Part shown: positions 19,723 to 30,000 of the stretch, piece after piece
Layout: each line of letters begins with the position of its first letter
How positions within the stretch are numbered: position 1 is the stretch's first letter
Assembly (NCBI GenBank): GCA_965644315.1
Contig: CBFFRQ010000018.1
Span: 806,001-870,000, forward strand
Direction of reading: 5' to 3'
Source: Caecitellus pseudoparvulus
Taxonomy: Eukaryota > Protista > Bigyra: Bicosoecida
DNA length: 64,000 nucleotides
Notes under the pieces: generated by a model
Told to the model about the DNA's origin: nothing
The model's database searches: none
What the model saw: the letters and a program-made list of their open reading frames with translations, nothing else
Translations under genes and position numbers: made by a program

Positions 19723-22700
19723 TTATCGAGGGGGTGCTGGGGCTCCAGGGCGAAAAATCAACCCAGCTGCCTCCGCTTCACTGCGCAGGATCGAGGTGCG
19801 CATGCCTGCGCCGCCTGCACTCTTGCGTTGCAGCTCCAGGCGGCGCTGCTCCCTTTTGATTTTTCGCTTCAGAGAACGAAGTGGTTGATGTTTGGCCGCT
19901 TTGCCCTTCTTCCTCGTCCGCACCTTGCTCCTTGCCTTTGAAGCAGGTGTCGCACTTACCGACCTTCCTTGCCCTGGCTCTGAACTCGGCACCACGGTCT
20001 TCTCTTGAGCCAAGTCGGCAGTGAGTGCTTTGTAGGTGTGGATGAAGAGCGCGGTTGTCTCCTCTGCCCAAGACTCAGCCGCGATAGAGCACCGTGCGAC
20101 AGCTGAAAGAGTTGCACTGGCCGCGACCAAGGGCGCAAAGTGCTCCCTCACGAGAGCCACGTCATCCTCAGCCAGGGCAATGGGGCGAGCCGGAGTCTTC
20201 ACCTCGCAGTGTGACTGACATTCAGACTCCCATGTGACCTTCGGCTCCTGCAAGGCATCTGAGCATTCCTCAGAGGGCATGTGCACGTGTTGGACTTGGC
20301 CGCGAACAGGATCAGCTGAAGCCCGGTCTCCTCGGGCCAGCTTCCCAGCCTGTGCTATCGCACTTGAGGTGAGTGCAGATGCAGGCGCAAGTGACAATAC
20401 ACGGCCATCCCTCGGCATGCTCTCTGGTGCTGCTTCGGAGCCTCGTCTGACCCTGCCTGCTGCCGCACCTGTGACTCCCATCAGCCCACGGCGCAGCCTG
20501 TACAACGCAGTGTTGGCAGCATCCTGCGCAGCAATCTCTTCTGCGTCATGCGGCGGTGTTTGCGCTGCGACAGGCGCTGCTCCACCCTCCCCAGACTGCA
20601 GCTGGCGCTCATACAAGGCGAAAGGGGAGAGCAACGGATACAAAGTCGGCTGCTTATCTGCCACGAAGGCAGTTGCTCCGCGTCGCACCGCTTGAGCGTG
20701 ATGTTCGAGCACTTGCGTTGCAGATGGCTCTGTGCGTCCTTTCGTCTGCGCAGCCCCGCTCGGACGGCGTTGTGGGGACAGGGGTTCAAAGCTCAGCGTG
20801 CTGCGCCGCTGTGCTACAGTCCCGACACGGAATGAGCTTGAACCTGCTGCGAGCGCGACGGTTGGAGACACAAGTTTGCCTTGATGCTGGGAGGGCAACG
20901 GGGACAAGGGAGGCTGGCGTACCGCGCCTGCCTGTTGCGAGGCGGCCGCCACTGAACCAGTCTCCCACTCGTGCACGCTGTCCACGTCACTGAAGCTGTG
21001 GAAGCGCTTTGTTCTGCTTGGAGAGGAAGGCATCGTGTGGCTTCGCAACGACACCACTTCTGACGCCTCACCTTCCACCTCCGCGATGGCAGTTAAGTCT
21101 CTGCGAGACTCGCTTCTCACTCCCTGCTTCAGCATGTGCCCCAAGGACGCAGTAGAAGTTGTTCGGCCGAGGCGAAGAGCTGCTTGCTGGCCAGCGTCAG
21201 CTGCCGGATCACTTGTCGTTCGCCCTGCCGTGCCCAGAGACGAAGGCTGGGCGAGCCAGGAGCTCAAGCGTCGCAGAGCCTGTCGAGCCCCCGGCGACAG
21301 TTTGTCCTGCGGCTGCCAGCCCGGCATGCGCGCCGCAACATCTGCGCCCAGAAATCGCTCCACTGCAGCCGCTGCACGAGCAGCCCCCACCACGTGGAGC
21401 TGCTGCACGGTGGCAGCATGACTAGACACAACTCGTGACGCGGCAATGAGGTCCATGGGGTCGCCACCTGGCACGTGATGTGCACCCCGGGTTTCTGCTT
21501 GGCGCAGGGACTCCCGCAAGCTGTTGGTCAGCTGGAGCACTGCCGTGCGAACATCGCGCCCTAAAACAGATGCTGCAACTCCTCGTGGGGAGGCGCGTCG
21601 TCTGGTTGCGGAGGTGGTTTGACCTGCCGGTCCCGACCTCGCCTGCAGTGTCCCAACCGTCCGTGAAGCCGTAAAGTCGCTGGGCGGGCGAGATCCAGAC
21701 TCGCTTTCAGCACCCTCTGTTGAAGCCAAGCCTTGCAGGAGCGAGGAGTGCCGGCTGAGGGTTCGCCCCTGTTGCTCTGCAATGATGAACGGCACAAGAG
21801 ATGGGGTCAGCAGCGTCCAGAACTCGACAGGAGCCGCCCTCCGCAACTCAGCAAGCGGTGTGGCGCCTGACGTGGCCGGCTGACTCTTTTCGGGGGCAAG
21901 CGCAGCAAGGGATTTGTTCACCATCGCCGCAAGGGCTTCAGCACGCTGGCTGGCAAGGTGTGCCTCGGACGCCGCCGAGAGAGTGGGAGTTGCAGGAGCC
22001 CGATCTCCCCCTGAGCTCGATTCACCGACAGACCCTGGTGAAGAAGGGGGCATTTTGGCTGAGCTTGACAGCCCGGTTGTGTCTCTCGCTGGTTCTAAGC
22101 TCCCGCGTGAGCGGCTCTTGGCCTGCTGCTTTCTGCCTGCAGCTTCAGCATGCGACAAGACGGCTTGCAAAGACGGGGACAGCAGGGCAGGTGACAAAGT
22201 CGTCGCTTGCTCAACTGCGCTGACAGGGCCTGAAGGGTGGCTGGCGTGAATGGAATATGCATGCGCTGGGTCCCTGGCACTAGCCTGCGCGCTGTGGTCT
22301 CCGATAGTCATGCCTGCGCGGAGCGAGGCCTCCCGCTGCCGCAGGCGGAACCAGCGCTTGCGCTCCTCTCTGGCTTGAGGAGGTGTGATGAGATCGTGCA
22401 GGCTATCTGGTGTTCGCAGCACCTCCAGTGCTGTGTCTCGGGTCATGGCAGCAACCCTGGAGCGCCCCAAGGTGGACGCCGCATTCAGGGCTGCCATGGG
22501 GTCCCAACTGGCTCTATCTTGCAACTGGGCCGCCAAACGCAAGCTACTCTGTAGAGATGCTGCCTTGCTACCCTGACGCACCGGCCCAAGGGATCTACTT
22601 AGACCCCCTTCAGGCAAGGACTGCTGGGCAAGGTTGGCGCCGGTCGCTTCCAGCGACGCTGACGCGGCCTTCCGAAAGTCGGACGCGGCTCCAGGCATCA

Positions 22701-25700
22701 AACTCACCCACTCCCGGACCCCAAGCGGCAACATGCCCAGGAGTGCTGTCCAGGCACTGTTTGCCGCCTGCTCAGCCAGCACGTGGTCCTCGGTCGCTCG
22801 GTCTTGCAGGTCGCTGCCGTCAACAGCGGCCTGTAGCGGCGAGGCAGGCCCGGACATGGCGACTGCATCAGGAGCCTTGTCAGCACCGCTTTCCGACGGC
22901 TTGGTTTCATCTTGCAAAGACACTTCCTGGCTGCGACCGTGGCCCGGCTGGGGTTCGCGGGGGTGGCGACTTCCCAGAGCATGCAGGAGCATAGGACCGC
23001 GACGCACAGTGCGTTGAAACCGAGCCAACGCCGACGCCTCTGCCCTGGAAGCCTCTGCAAGGGTGGCCACGTGGGAAGATGATAGCTTTTGGATATGCTG
23101 CAGGTGCTTGGAAAAGTACGTCTCCCAGTCCTTGCCCCAACCCCACCCCATCGGTGGCCAGTTTGACACCGGCTCTGACGTCTCCACGTGGTGTGGTTTA
23201 ACAAGGAGTGAATCGACACTATCGCCATCACTGTCTGCACCACCTTCACCTGCGTTTGTGAGGTGTTCAGTGCCTCCCTCGGTACGTACATGCACGGGTC
23301 CACCAGTAGCGGGGGAGCTGAAGTCCAGGCGCTGCTTGACAGAGACGGGGCGGAGCGGCTTCAGGGGGCCGGAGGGAGTCGGCCAAGGTGCCGAGTCGGA
23401 GTCACTGGACAGCGGATCTTCGTCCACGGAAAAGGTAAACCGGACAGATCTGTGCCTCGGGGAAGGACTGGTCTCCTTCAGATAGCCTCGCTCGTCCTGT
23501 TCCGGCACTGGCTCCACAAGTCGATGGAACCGGCCCCAATGCAAGCGAGACACCAAAGCTGTGCAAGCTACAGACACTGCAGGGTTGAAAGCTGACACTC
23601 TCGTGGCCCGCACAAGCACGGGGAGCGACTTCGCACGTGCTCTGACCCATTCGGTTTGCTGAGAACCTTGGGAAGAGGCTGCAGATAGAGAAAACGGGAC
23701 GCCGGCGGATTCGAACGAAGACCCTGCCGTAGCTGTAAAGTCGGACACACCAGTGACCCTGGATCCGATGCTGTAGGCACGGGGCGGTGCGTCGTGGAGG
23801 GCTGGAGAGTGCTGGGCCGGTGCCGGCCTCGGTCCCGCGGCGACTCGCGCTCCCTCGCCTTCCCGGCCAGACCCTACACGCGAGAGTTGCTCTGCTTGGT
23901 GGTAAGGTCCCGAGACAGCGCTGGAATTTAGATAATCCAGCTGCTTCAGGGCTGGGCTTGTGAGGCCAGCCCACTCTGGCCCGACACCCTCAAATGACGG
24001 AATGTGGCGCGGAGCGCGAAGCACGCTCACACTATCACTCAGGCCAGATGCTGAAGAAAACCCCGAGCATGACCGCAAGATCATGTTCCCGTGATGAGAA
24101 GGGGTGTGAGGTGGCGCGTCCCTCCCAATGCTCAAGCGGGGAATGCTGAGGCCGGGCGAGCCGCTGGGCAATTGGGAAACAGCCGGGCTGGCTTCACTCG
24201 GCTCATCTTCTAAGCCCACCACAGTTACCGCTCGCCGAGATCTGGCGACAGCTGACGAGATGAGGGAGGTGTGTTGGGCGACGTCAGCCCATTTTGCGAC
24301 GGCGGCCTGCCCCGAGCGCGTGCGGCCATCCTCAGGCATGTCCACAGGCAGGATGCCAACCGACGCAGCCCGTCGCCGTGCTGTTACAAACTGCTTCGCT
24401 GCCCGGCCGAGGGTAACAGATACTTGCTTTTGAAGTGGAGGCCCATCCCCTGACTCTGACGAGGTATTTGACGGCAACGTGTCAACACGATCTCCACTTT
24501 GCGCATCGTGTTGAAGCGTCGGGGCTCCCGGGGCTTCCTGCCCGGAGATGCGACGTGCGATGGGTGAGACGCCAGAACTCAACGAGTATTGTTGCTGGTT
24601 TTGGCGAGTGGCGGCGTCTGCTGCGCCGCGGGACGCAACAGAGCTCGGAACTGAGCTTCGCGAACTCAAGCGCTGGTCCAGAGTGGACGAAGGTGTTCGG
24701 TGAAAAAGGCGGTGCTCTGAACTGCTCTCCTCCAGAGTCTCAGTACGAGGCACTCCTACGTGTCTCATGGGCAGTTTGGGCACCTTGGACTCTGTGTGGG
24801 TGTCCAGCACCACAACGCCAGCGTCATCCACAACGCCTTGAACTCCAGATGCAGCCATGCGAGCCAAGCGAGGTGCCAGTCGCAGCGAAGCCAGCTTTGC
24901 TGTGTATCGCGCAACAGCCGAGGGGGAGTTGTACTGTCTGCCAAAGGTGCTCGCCGAAGTGGCGGGCAGCGCACGCTGTCGTTGGGCCACATGCAATGTC
25001 GGAGGCTTCGGGGCATGCCGGAGCCTGAGGCCTTCAGAGTTCATCGACCGCGTCAAGGCTGTCGGCGGGGCAGGCGCACCTGACAGCAGCCTTTTCTCGC
25101 GAATTTCCAGGCTTGGCGTTCCTGCTTGGCCTCCGGCTGGCAATCTCCTGGGTGGCAAGGACGGCAGGTGCTCGGCGCTGTCTCCCCTTGCCAGGGAGCG
25201 GCCTCGGCCACGTGGAATGCCGCTGTCGCCATCTTCATCGCTGTCTTGTGCAAGGGACACTACTGAAGCCGCCTCAGAGGCCGCAGACATATGCGGCAAA
25301 GCCGCATCGTCACTTGCCAAGGCAGACAACGCTTCGCGGGCTCCGCCGGACGACTCAGTGGTGCCAACACTGCTCCGGGAAAGACTGGGCGAATCACTGC
25401 CATCATGCCAAGCAGGCAACGAAAATGTTAGCTCGTGGCCGTCGGCGTCACTCGGTGAGAGTGGAGAGGCTGAGGCGTGTTCGCTCTGCTTGCGCGCCAC
25501 AATGACCATGAGCTCGTCAGCATTACCAACTGTACCGGCAGAAAGGCTGCGGTCATGTGGACTGCTCGTGTCCGAGCCGCTCCAGCTGTCGTCTTGTACA
25601 GTCCCTGAAGAAATGCTGTCGGACAAGACGCTGATGCCAAGGGAGTGCTTGCTGCTGTGGCGCAAGAAAAGTGGCTCCTGCTGCTCCTCATCCGCGTCAG

Positions 25701-26736
25701 GTGATTGAAACTTTCCAGCATCTGCCTCGCGCTCTTTAGGCCCCACCTGATTTCGTGCTAGCTGATCCCCCAGGTGAACAACCGGTACATGTGCCCCGAG
25801 CAGCACCGGCGACACGAAGGGGGCCCCAAACGAAGAAGCAGACGTGAAGCTCGTGGAAGAGCGCAGAGATTTCGCGGCGGTGGCAAGTTTTTCTGGTTGT
25901 GGTCGCTGGTGTGTAGGTTTTCGCCGGAGGGAGGCTGAGGAGGCTAGCTTTGGCCGGGTGGAGAGGTGCTTTGGGGCACGAGAGTGTGGGGTCGCGGACA
26001 GCGCGATGCTCGATGGCCTTCGAGCTTGGTCGTAGTCATAGGCGTGGTTTCGATTCGTAGATATAAAGTGCCGGAGAATGGCATCTAGCTGGGCAGCTGA
26101 ATGCCCGTTGGCTGCCCGGACTGGCATGTCCCCACTCCACCAACTCGAGGCGGTTGCTTTCGCCTCAGGAACGGGGGAAGAGGCAGCCAGCCGCCTCACC
26201 GGCTTCAACCGAGCAAACGTCGACGAACTGACGGGTCGCTCAACCGCACTGTGCATGCGGCCAATGCAGCGGCTCGCGGAGGTGTCTGGACGTGACTTGT
26301 GCGCCAAGCTGGGCAAAGAGCTTGGCCCACTACGCGTTGCTGCTGCTCGCTGCACAGCCAGCGCCATGATGCGGGACATTGCCAAGCTCTGCGCAGAGCT
26401 GGACTCAGTGGAGCTGTGTTGCATGGGCACGCCTCCATGCCAAGCTGCACAAAAGGCTCGCGCTCTCTGGGCGCAGTTGCCAGCAGCGGTCGCAGCGATG
26501 GGAAGGCCAGTGCAAAGCGACGGAGCCAAGGAGGGAAGCGTCAAGCCCCAAGCGACCCTTGAGCTTTCAACATGAAGCAGCACCATGTCCTCCTCCCTTG
26601 CTCTGCGAATGTCTAACGAGCATTGCGTCAGCGTTCGCAGGAATGCGGCATGGCTTTGAGCACGCAAAAACCGCCTTCGACTGGCTGGCGCTGGCACCTC
26701 CGACACGCTCGCGCCTGCAGCTCCCTCGGTATCCAT
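19723..26736 (-). CDS. Hypothetical 2337-aa Ser/Ala/Pro/Arg-rich, largely disordered protein
   Basis: 7-kb stop-free ORF starting with ATG. No recognisable domain. Basic C-terminal cluster (KVRTRKKGK..LKRKIKREQRR). Start uncertain. Confidence 0.7.
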   Translation of the reverse strand: MDTEGAAGASVSEVPAPASRRRFLRAQSHAAFLRTLTQCSLDIRRAREEDMVLLHVESSRVAWGLTLPSLAPSLCTGLPIAATAAGNCAQRARAFCAAWHGGVPMQHSSTESSSAQSLAMSRIMALAVQRAAATRSGPSSLPSLAHKSRPDTSASRCIGRMHSAVERPVSSSTFARLKPVRRLAASSPVPEAKATASSWWSGDMPVRAANGHSAAQLDAILRHFISTNRNHAYDYDQARRPSSIALSATPHSRAPKHLSTRPKLASSASLRRKPTHQRPQPEKLATAAKSLRSSTSFTSASSFGAPFVSPVLLGAHVPVVHLGDQLARNQVGPKEREADAGKFQSPDADEEQQEPLFLRHSSKHSLGISVLSDSISSGTVQDDSWSGSDTSSPHDRSLSAGTVGNADELMVIVARKQSEHASASPLSPSDADGHELTFSLPAWHDGSDSPSLSRSSVGTTESSGGAREALSALASDDAALPHMSAASEAASVVSLAQDSDEDGDSGIPRGRGRSLARGDSAEHLPSLPPRRLPAGGQAGTPSLEIREKRLLSGAPAPPTALTRSMNSEGLRLRHAPKPPTLHVAQRQRALPATSASTFGRQYNSPSAVARYTAKLASLRLAPRLARMAASGVQGVVDDAGVVVLDTHTESKVPKLPMRHVGVPRTETLEESSSEHRLFHRTPSSTLDQRLSSRSSVPSSVASRGAADAATRQNQQQYSLSSGVSPIARRISGQEAPGAPTLQHDAQSGDRVDTLPSNTSSESGDGPPLQKQVSVTLGRAAKQFVTARRRAASVGILPVDMPEDGRTRSGQAAVAKWADVAQHTSLISSAVARSRRAVTVVGLEDEPSEASPAVSQLPSGSPGLSIPRLSIGRDAPPHTPSHHGNMILRSCSGFSSASGLSDSVSVLRAPRHIPSFEGVGPEWAGLTSPALKQLDYLNSSAVSGPYHQAEQLSRVGSGREGEGARVAAGPRPAPAQHSPALHDAPPRAYSIGSRVTGVSDFTATAGSSFESAGVPFSLSAASSQGSQQTEWVRARAKSLPVLVRATRVSAFNPAVSVACTALVSRLHWGRFHRLVEPVPEQDERGYLKETSPSPRHRSVRFTFSVDEDPLSSDSDSAPWPTPSGPLKPLRPVSVKQRLDFSSPATGGPVHVRTEGGTEHLTNAGEGGADSDGDSVDSLLVKPHHVETSEPVSNWPPMGWGWGKDWETYFSKHLQHIQKLSSSHVATLAEASRAEASALARFQRTVRRGPMLLHALGSRHPREPQPGHGRSQEVSLQDETKPSESGADKAPDAVAMSGPASPLQAAVDGSDLQDRATEDHVLAEQAANSAWTALLGMLPLGVREWVSLMPGAASDFRKAASASLEATGANLAQQSLPEGGLSRSLGPVRQGSKAASLQSSLRLAAQLQDRASWDPMAALNAASTLGRSRVAAMTRDTALEVLRTPDSLHDLITPPQAREERKRWFRLRQREASLRAGMTIGDHSAQASARDPAHAYSIHASHPSGPVSAVEQATTLSPALLSPSLQAVLSHAEAAGRKQQAKSRSRGSLEPARDTTGLSSSAKMPPSSPGSVGESSSGGDRAPATPTLSAASEAHLASQRAEALAAMVNKSLAALAPEKSQPATSGATPLAELRRAAPVEFWTLLTPSLVPFIIAEQQGRTLSRHSSLLQGLASTEGAESESGSRPPSDFTASRTVGTLQARSGPAGQTTSATRRRASPRGVAASVLGRDVRTAVLQLTNSLRESLRQAETRGAHHVPGGDPMDLIAASRVVSSHAATVQQLHVVGAARAAAAVERFLGADVAARMPGWQPQDKLSPGARQALRRLSSWLAQPSSLGTAGRTTSDPAADAGQQAALRLGRTTSTASLGHMLKQGVRSESRRDLTAIAEVEGEASEVVSLRSHTMPSSPSRTKRFHSFSDVDSVHEWETGSVAAASQQAGAVRQPPLSPLPSQHQGKLVSPTVALAAGSSSFRVGTVAQRRSTLSFEPLSPQRRPSGAAQTKGRTEPSATQVLEHHAQAVRRGATAFVADKQPTLYPLLSPFALYERQLQSGEGGAAPVAAQTPPHDAEEIAAQDAANTALYRLRRGLMGVTGAAAGRVRRGSEAAPESMPRDGRVLSLAPASALTSSAIAQAGKLARGDRASADPVRGQVQHVHMPSEECSDALQEPKVTWESECQSHCEVKTPARPIALAEDDVALVREHFAPLVAASATLSAVARCSIAAESWAEETTALFIHTYKALTADLAQEKTVVPSSEPGQGRSVSATPASKARSKVRTRKKGKAAKHQPLRSLKRKIKREQRRLELQRKSAGGAGMRTSILRSEAEAAGLIFRPGAPAPPR

Positions 26737-27002
26737 CCCACAACAGTGGGGGCTGCAGGATGCTTCACAATCTCAGGCTCTAACAGCCAACAAGACATGA
26801 ATTAGAGGTGGGACAGCGGACAGCCAAGGGAAGCGCGCACTCAACCGCGTCAGGATCACTCGACAAAAAAGTGTGCCGAGGCGAATGGGTGGTGTGAGGC
26901 CGTCTTTAGGCAATCTGAAAGCGGACCAATGGTCAAAGGGTGCTCTTCGATTTGATCCGGGATGTTTGAAGAACAGAGTGGAATGCTCAGCGTGGCCTGG
27001 CA

Positions 27003-30000
27003 TTAGTCAAGTAGCCGCACGGAACGCTTTGGCTGCTCTCGTTGTAGCACAACCGACTGGGCCCTGGGTGCGCGAGGGTTGACGTTTCTGCAGTCAGCCC
27101 TATGCGACGGCTTCCCTCTCCTTGGCGTTCTTGCGCCCCGTTGGCCCTTGGGGTGCAGCTGCTGGACAGAGGCGGCATACCATTGCGCTTGCGTGTGGAG
27201 CAAGTGCTTCTTGGATGCGACGAGCCTCCGCGGAGAAGACTGATTTGGACAGCGAGAAGTGGAAGCTTGAGCTTCATCTCCTTGATTTCGTTTGACAAGC
27301 TCACCCCTGTACACCACCCTGGGCACCTGCTGAGTGCTGGAGTCACTTCCAGCAGAGGTTGCCAGTCCTGACCTGTCTTCTAGCCCATTCGCAACAGCAA
27401 GAGGGTTTGACAAGAGACTAGACTCAACCCTCAGGCGGGTGGATGGAGATCCAAACAAAGCTGCACTGCTCAGCACATCGTTTAATGGTTCGCTCGCAGC
27501 GCTCCCGCGCGTTGTACGGCCACTGCAGCACGATGACAGCCTCTGGATGCTGCAGCATCCAGAGGCAGCTCCTGCGGACACAAGCCCCGCCCCTTGCCCG
27601 CGGATGAAAGACAAAGGAGACTGCATGGTGCTCATCCCTCCTTCTGGCCAAACGTGAAGCAGAGTGAGGAGGTCCATCTCAGGCCGGCGGGTCGCAGATA
27701 CCTGCCTTGGCCGCACAACACCGACTCTCACCAAGATGGCTTTACCAATATCCCACATACTAGGCAACGCAGATCCCATAATGCTCCCCATTTCGTTGTC
27801 TTCCCCTAGCTCTGAATGAGGGCCGAGCTCGGGCAGGGCGCGGACCACCGCTCTCCTTGCAGACAGCAACCCTCGCCGGATTGCTCCACTGTACCCGCGC
27901 AGAACCACTGCCAGCATGCTAAGCGAGATAAGTGTGTGAAGGAAGAGCATGCATGTCGATAACACTTCCACAAGGCTTGGACTGGCGTGAATCACACCCA
28001 TCACCAAGACTTGGAGCAGCGAAGCGGCATGTGCAGTGGAGTCCAGGTCATTCAACTCAGCGAGGCACCAAGGCTTTCGAAGCAGCAAGAGCACCAAACC
28101 AATGCAGACAACAAGTGCGGCAAAAGCAAGTCTCAACCTGATGTCAGTGATGAGCCAAACGCTTGCAAGCATCCCGAGCATCTCTGCGACCTGCACAGCA
28201 GTGAAGGCGTGCGTCGGGAACACTCTCCCACACCCACAGCAGGCTGCCTGGTCGGCTCTAGCAGCACTCTCCGCTAAGTGTGCTGCGCGGCGCTTGATGG
28301 CTTCTTCTTCTGGCAGAAGGGCAAGGTTTTCCTTGAGTTGCTTCCCCCCAATGCCAACAACGACTGCCTGCACCGCTTGAGCTGGGCTGAGCTGCACGCG
28401 ATACCCTTTGCTCAGAAAGGCCTCTGGTGACGCTCTGCGGCTAGCATGCCTCGCCGTCAAGAGCTGTGACATGGCAAAGACCCCAAACGTTCCTGCGGCA
28501 AAGTGCGCCAAGCCAGGAACCCACCCAAGGAGTACCCGCTCAGCTTGACTTTGGCCCGAAATCGGTTTGGGTCCAGCCACCTGAACCGACTGTGTCAAGC
28601 TGAGTTGAAGCACTTGTGCGTAGACGGCAATCAGCAGCACCAGCAGCGTCGGAAACTTAAAATCTGGGCGATAAGCCGACGTAAGCCCCGCTACACAAGC
28701 GAGGAGAAGCAGAACAGTGTACGCCACGACTTGGGCGAGATTCATCGCGGGTTCGGACTGGGATGGATCAAACCACAAGGTGCATGTTTGATCTGATGCG
28801 AGCTTAGGATGAGATGCAAAGCCGAAAATGCTCTCCAAAAGGGTTGGTGTCCCTGAAGCCCGCTCTGCCTGGGCGATGGCTTGCATGTCCCGTGTGCCTG
28901 GAGCAGACACACCACAGGCAGCATACCAGTGCTGCAGCGTGTGAGCAGACCGCGTCAGCGAAGTCGGGGTGCGCATCGCAAGGGAACTGCTCTGCCCAAT
29001 CATTGCAATGTACCAGCTTATGATTCGAAGTGCCCCTGAAAAGAGGCTTGTTGTCAGACGGGCGGGCTGGCGAGCGTACCGCACAGCAGCAACCACCCCC
29101 ACCCCCACAGAAAGCAAAGCCCTGCCTGCAGCAAAGAGGGCTGACACACCTTCATGTGAGATGATGTCAGATCTGTTGCAAGGTTGACATGCGCCGCAAG
29201 CGTCCCTTGCAGCGAAGCCTGGTGCGCACAGCTCGCAGAGCTGCCCCTGGTGTCCGGGAGCACACAGCGTCAAGTCTTCAAGCCTGCTGGCATGGAGGCA
29301 AGAACCCTCCCTTGGACACACCCGCACATTCGGAGATTCCTCAGCACAGTCTGCCGTGCACGTGATCCGCCCGGGAAACTTGGGGGTTGTGCCGTTCCCC
29401 ACCTCGCAAGCTGCCCACCATGGACAGGGCGAACCTGTTGGGTTTGGGGACACTGAAATGGGAAGGGGACTCGGAAGCAGCTCACTACTTGGTGAGGGTG
29501 GTGCCGTAGAGGATGTTGATGTCGTGGGTGTTGGGACAGCTGATGTCGTGGGTGTCGGGACAGCTGACACGGTTGGGTGCGAAGAGATCGAAGCGGTGCT
29601 GCTGCTCGTCGAGGTTGGCTGAGGAGTGGCAGACGCTTGCGAGCTTAAAGAAGAGGAGGATGTTGGTGTGCTTGCGGTTGTCGCAGAACTTGAAGGTTGG
29701 CAGCTCGCAGTTGGAGAAGTGCTGAGCGAAGGTGTTGGGGAGGCAGCGGGAGGCGTCGCTTCGCACATGAAGGGAAACAAGTTGGTGCACCAAAAGTCGT
29801 TGTGCTTCAAAGACCTCACCCTAAAGGTCATGCAGTCCTCGTAGACAATAATTGGATCCATGTCACCGTTAGGGACCTCTTGGGGCCAATTGTTTGGCTC
29901 TCCTGGCGCCCAGGCCCGCCACGGATACGGCTCACCGCTGTCCGTGACGAACACCACCTCTCCGTCTCTGTCGTTGCCATTGATCCAGACTTCATCGCCA

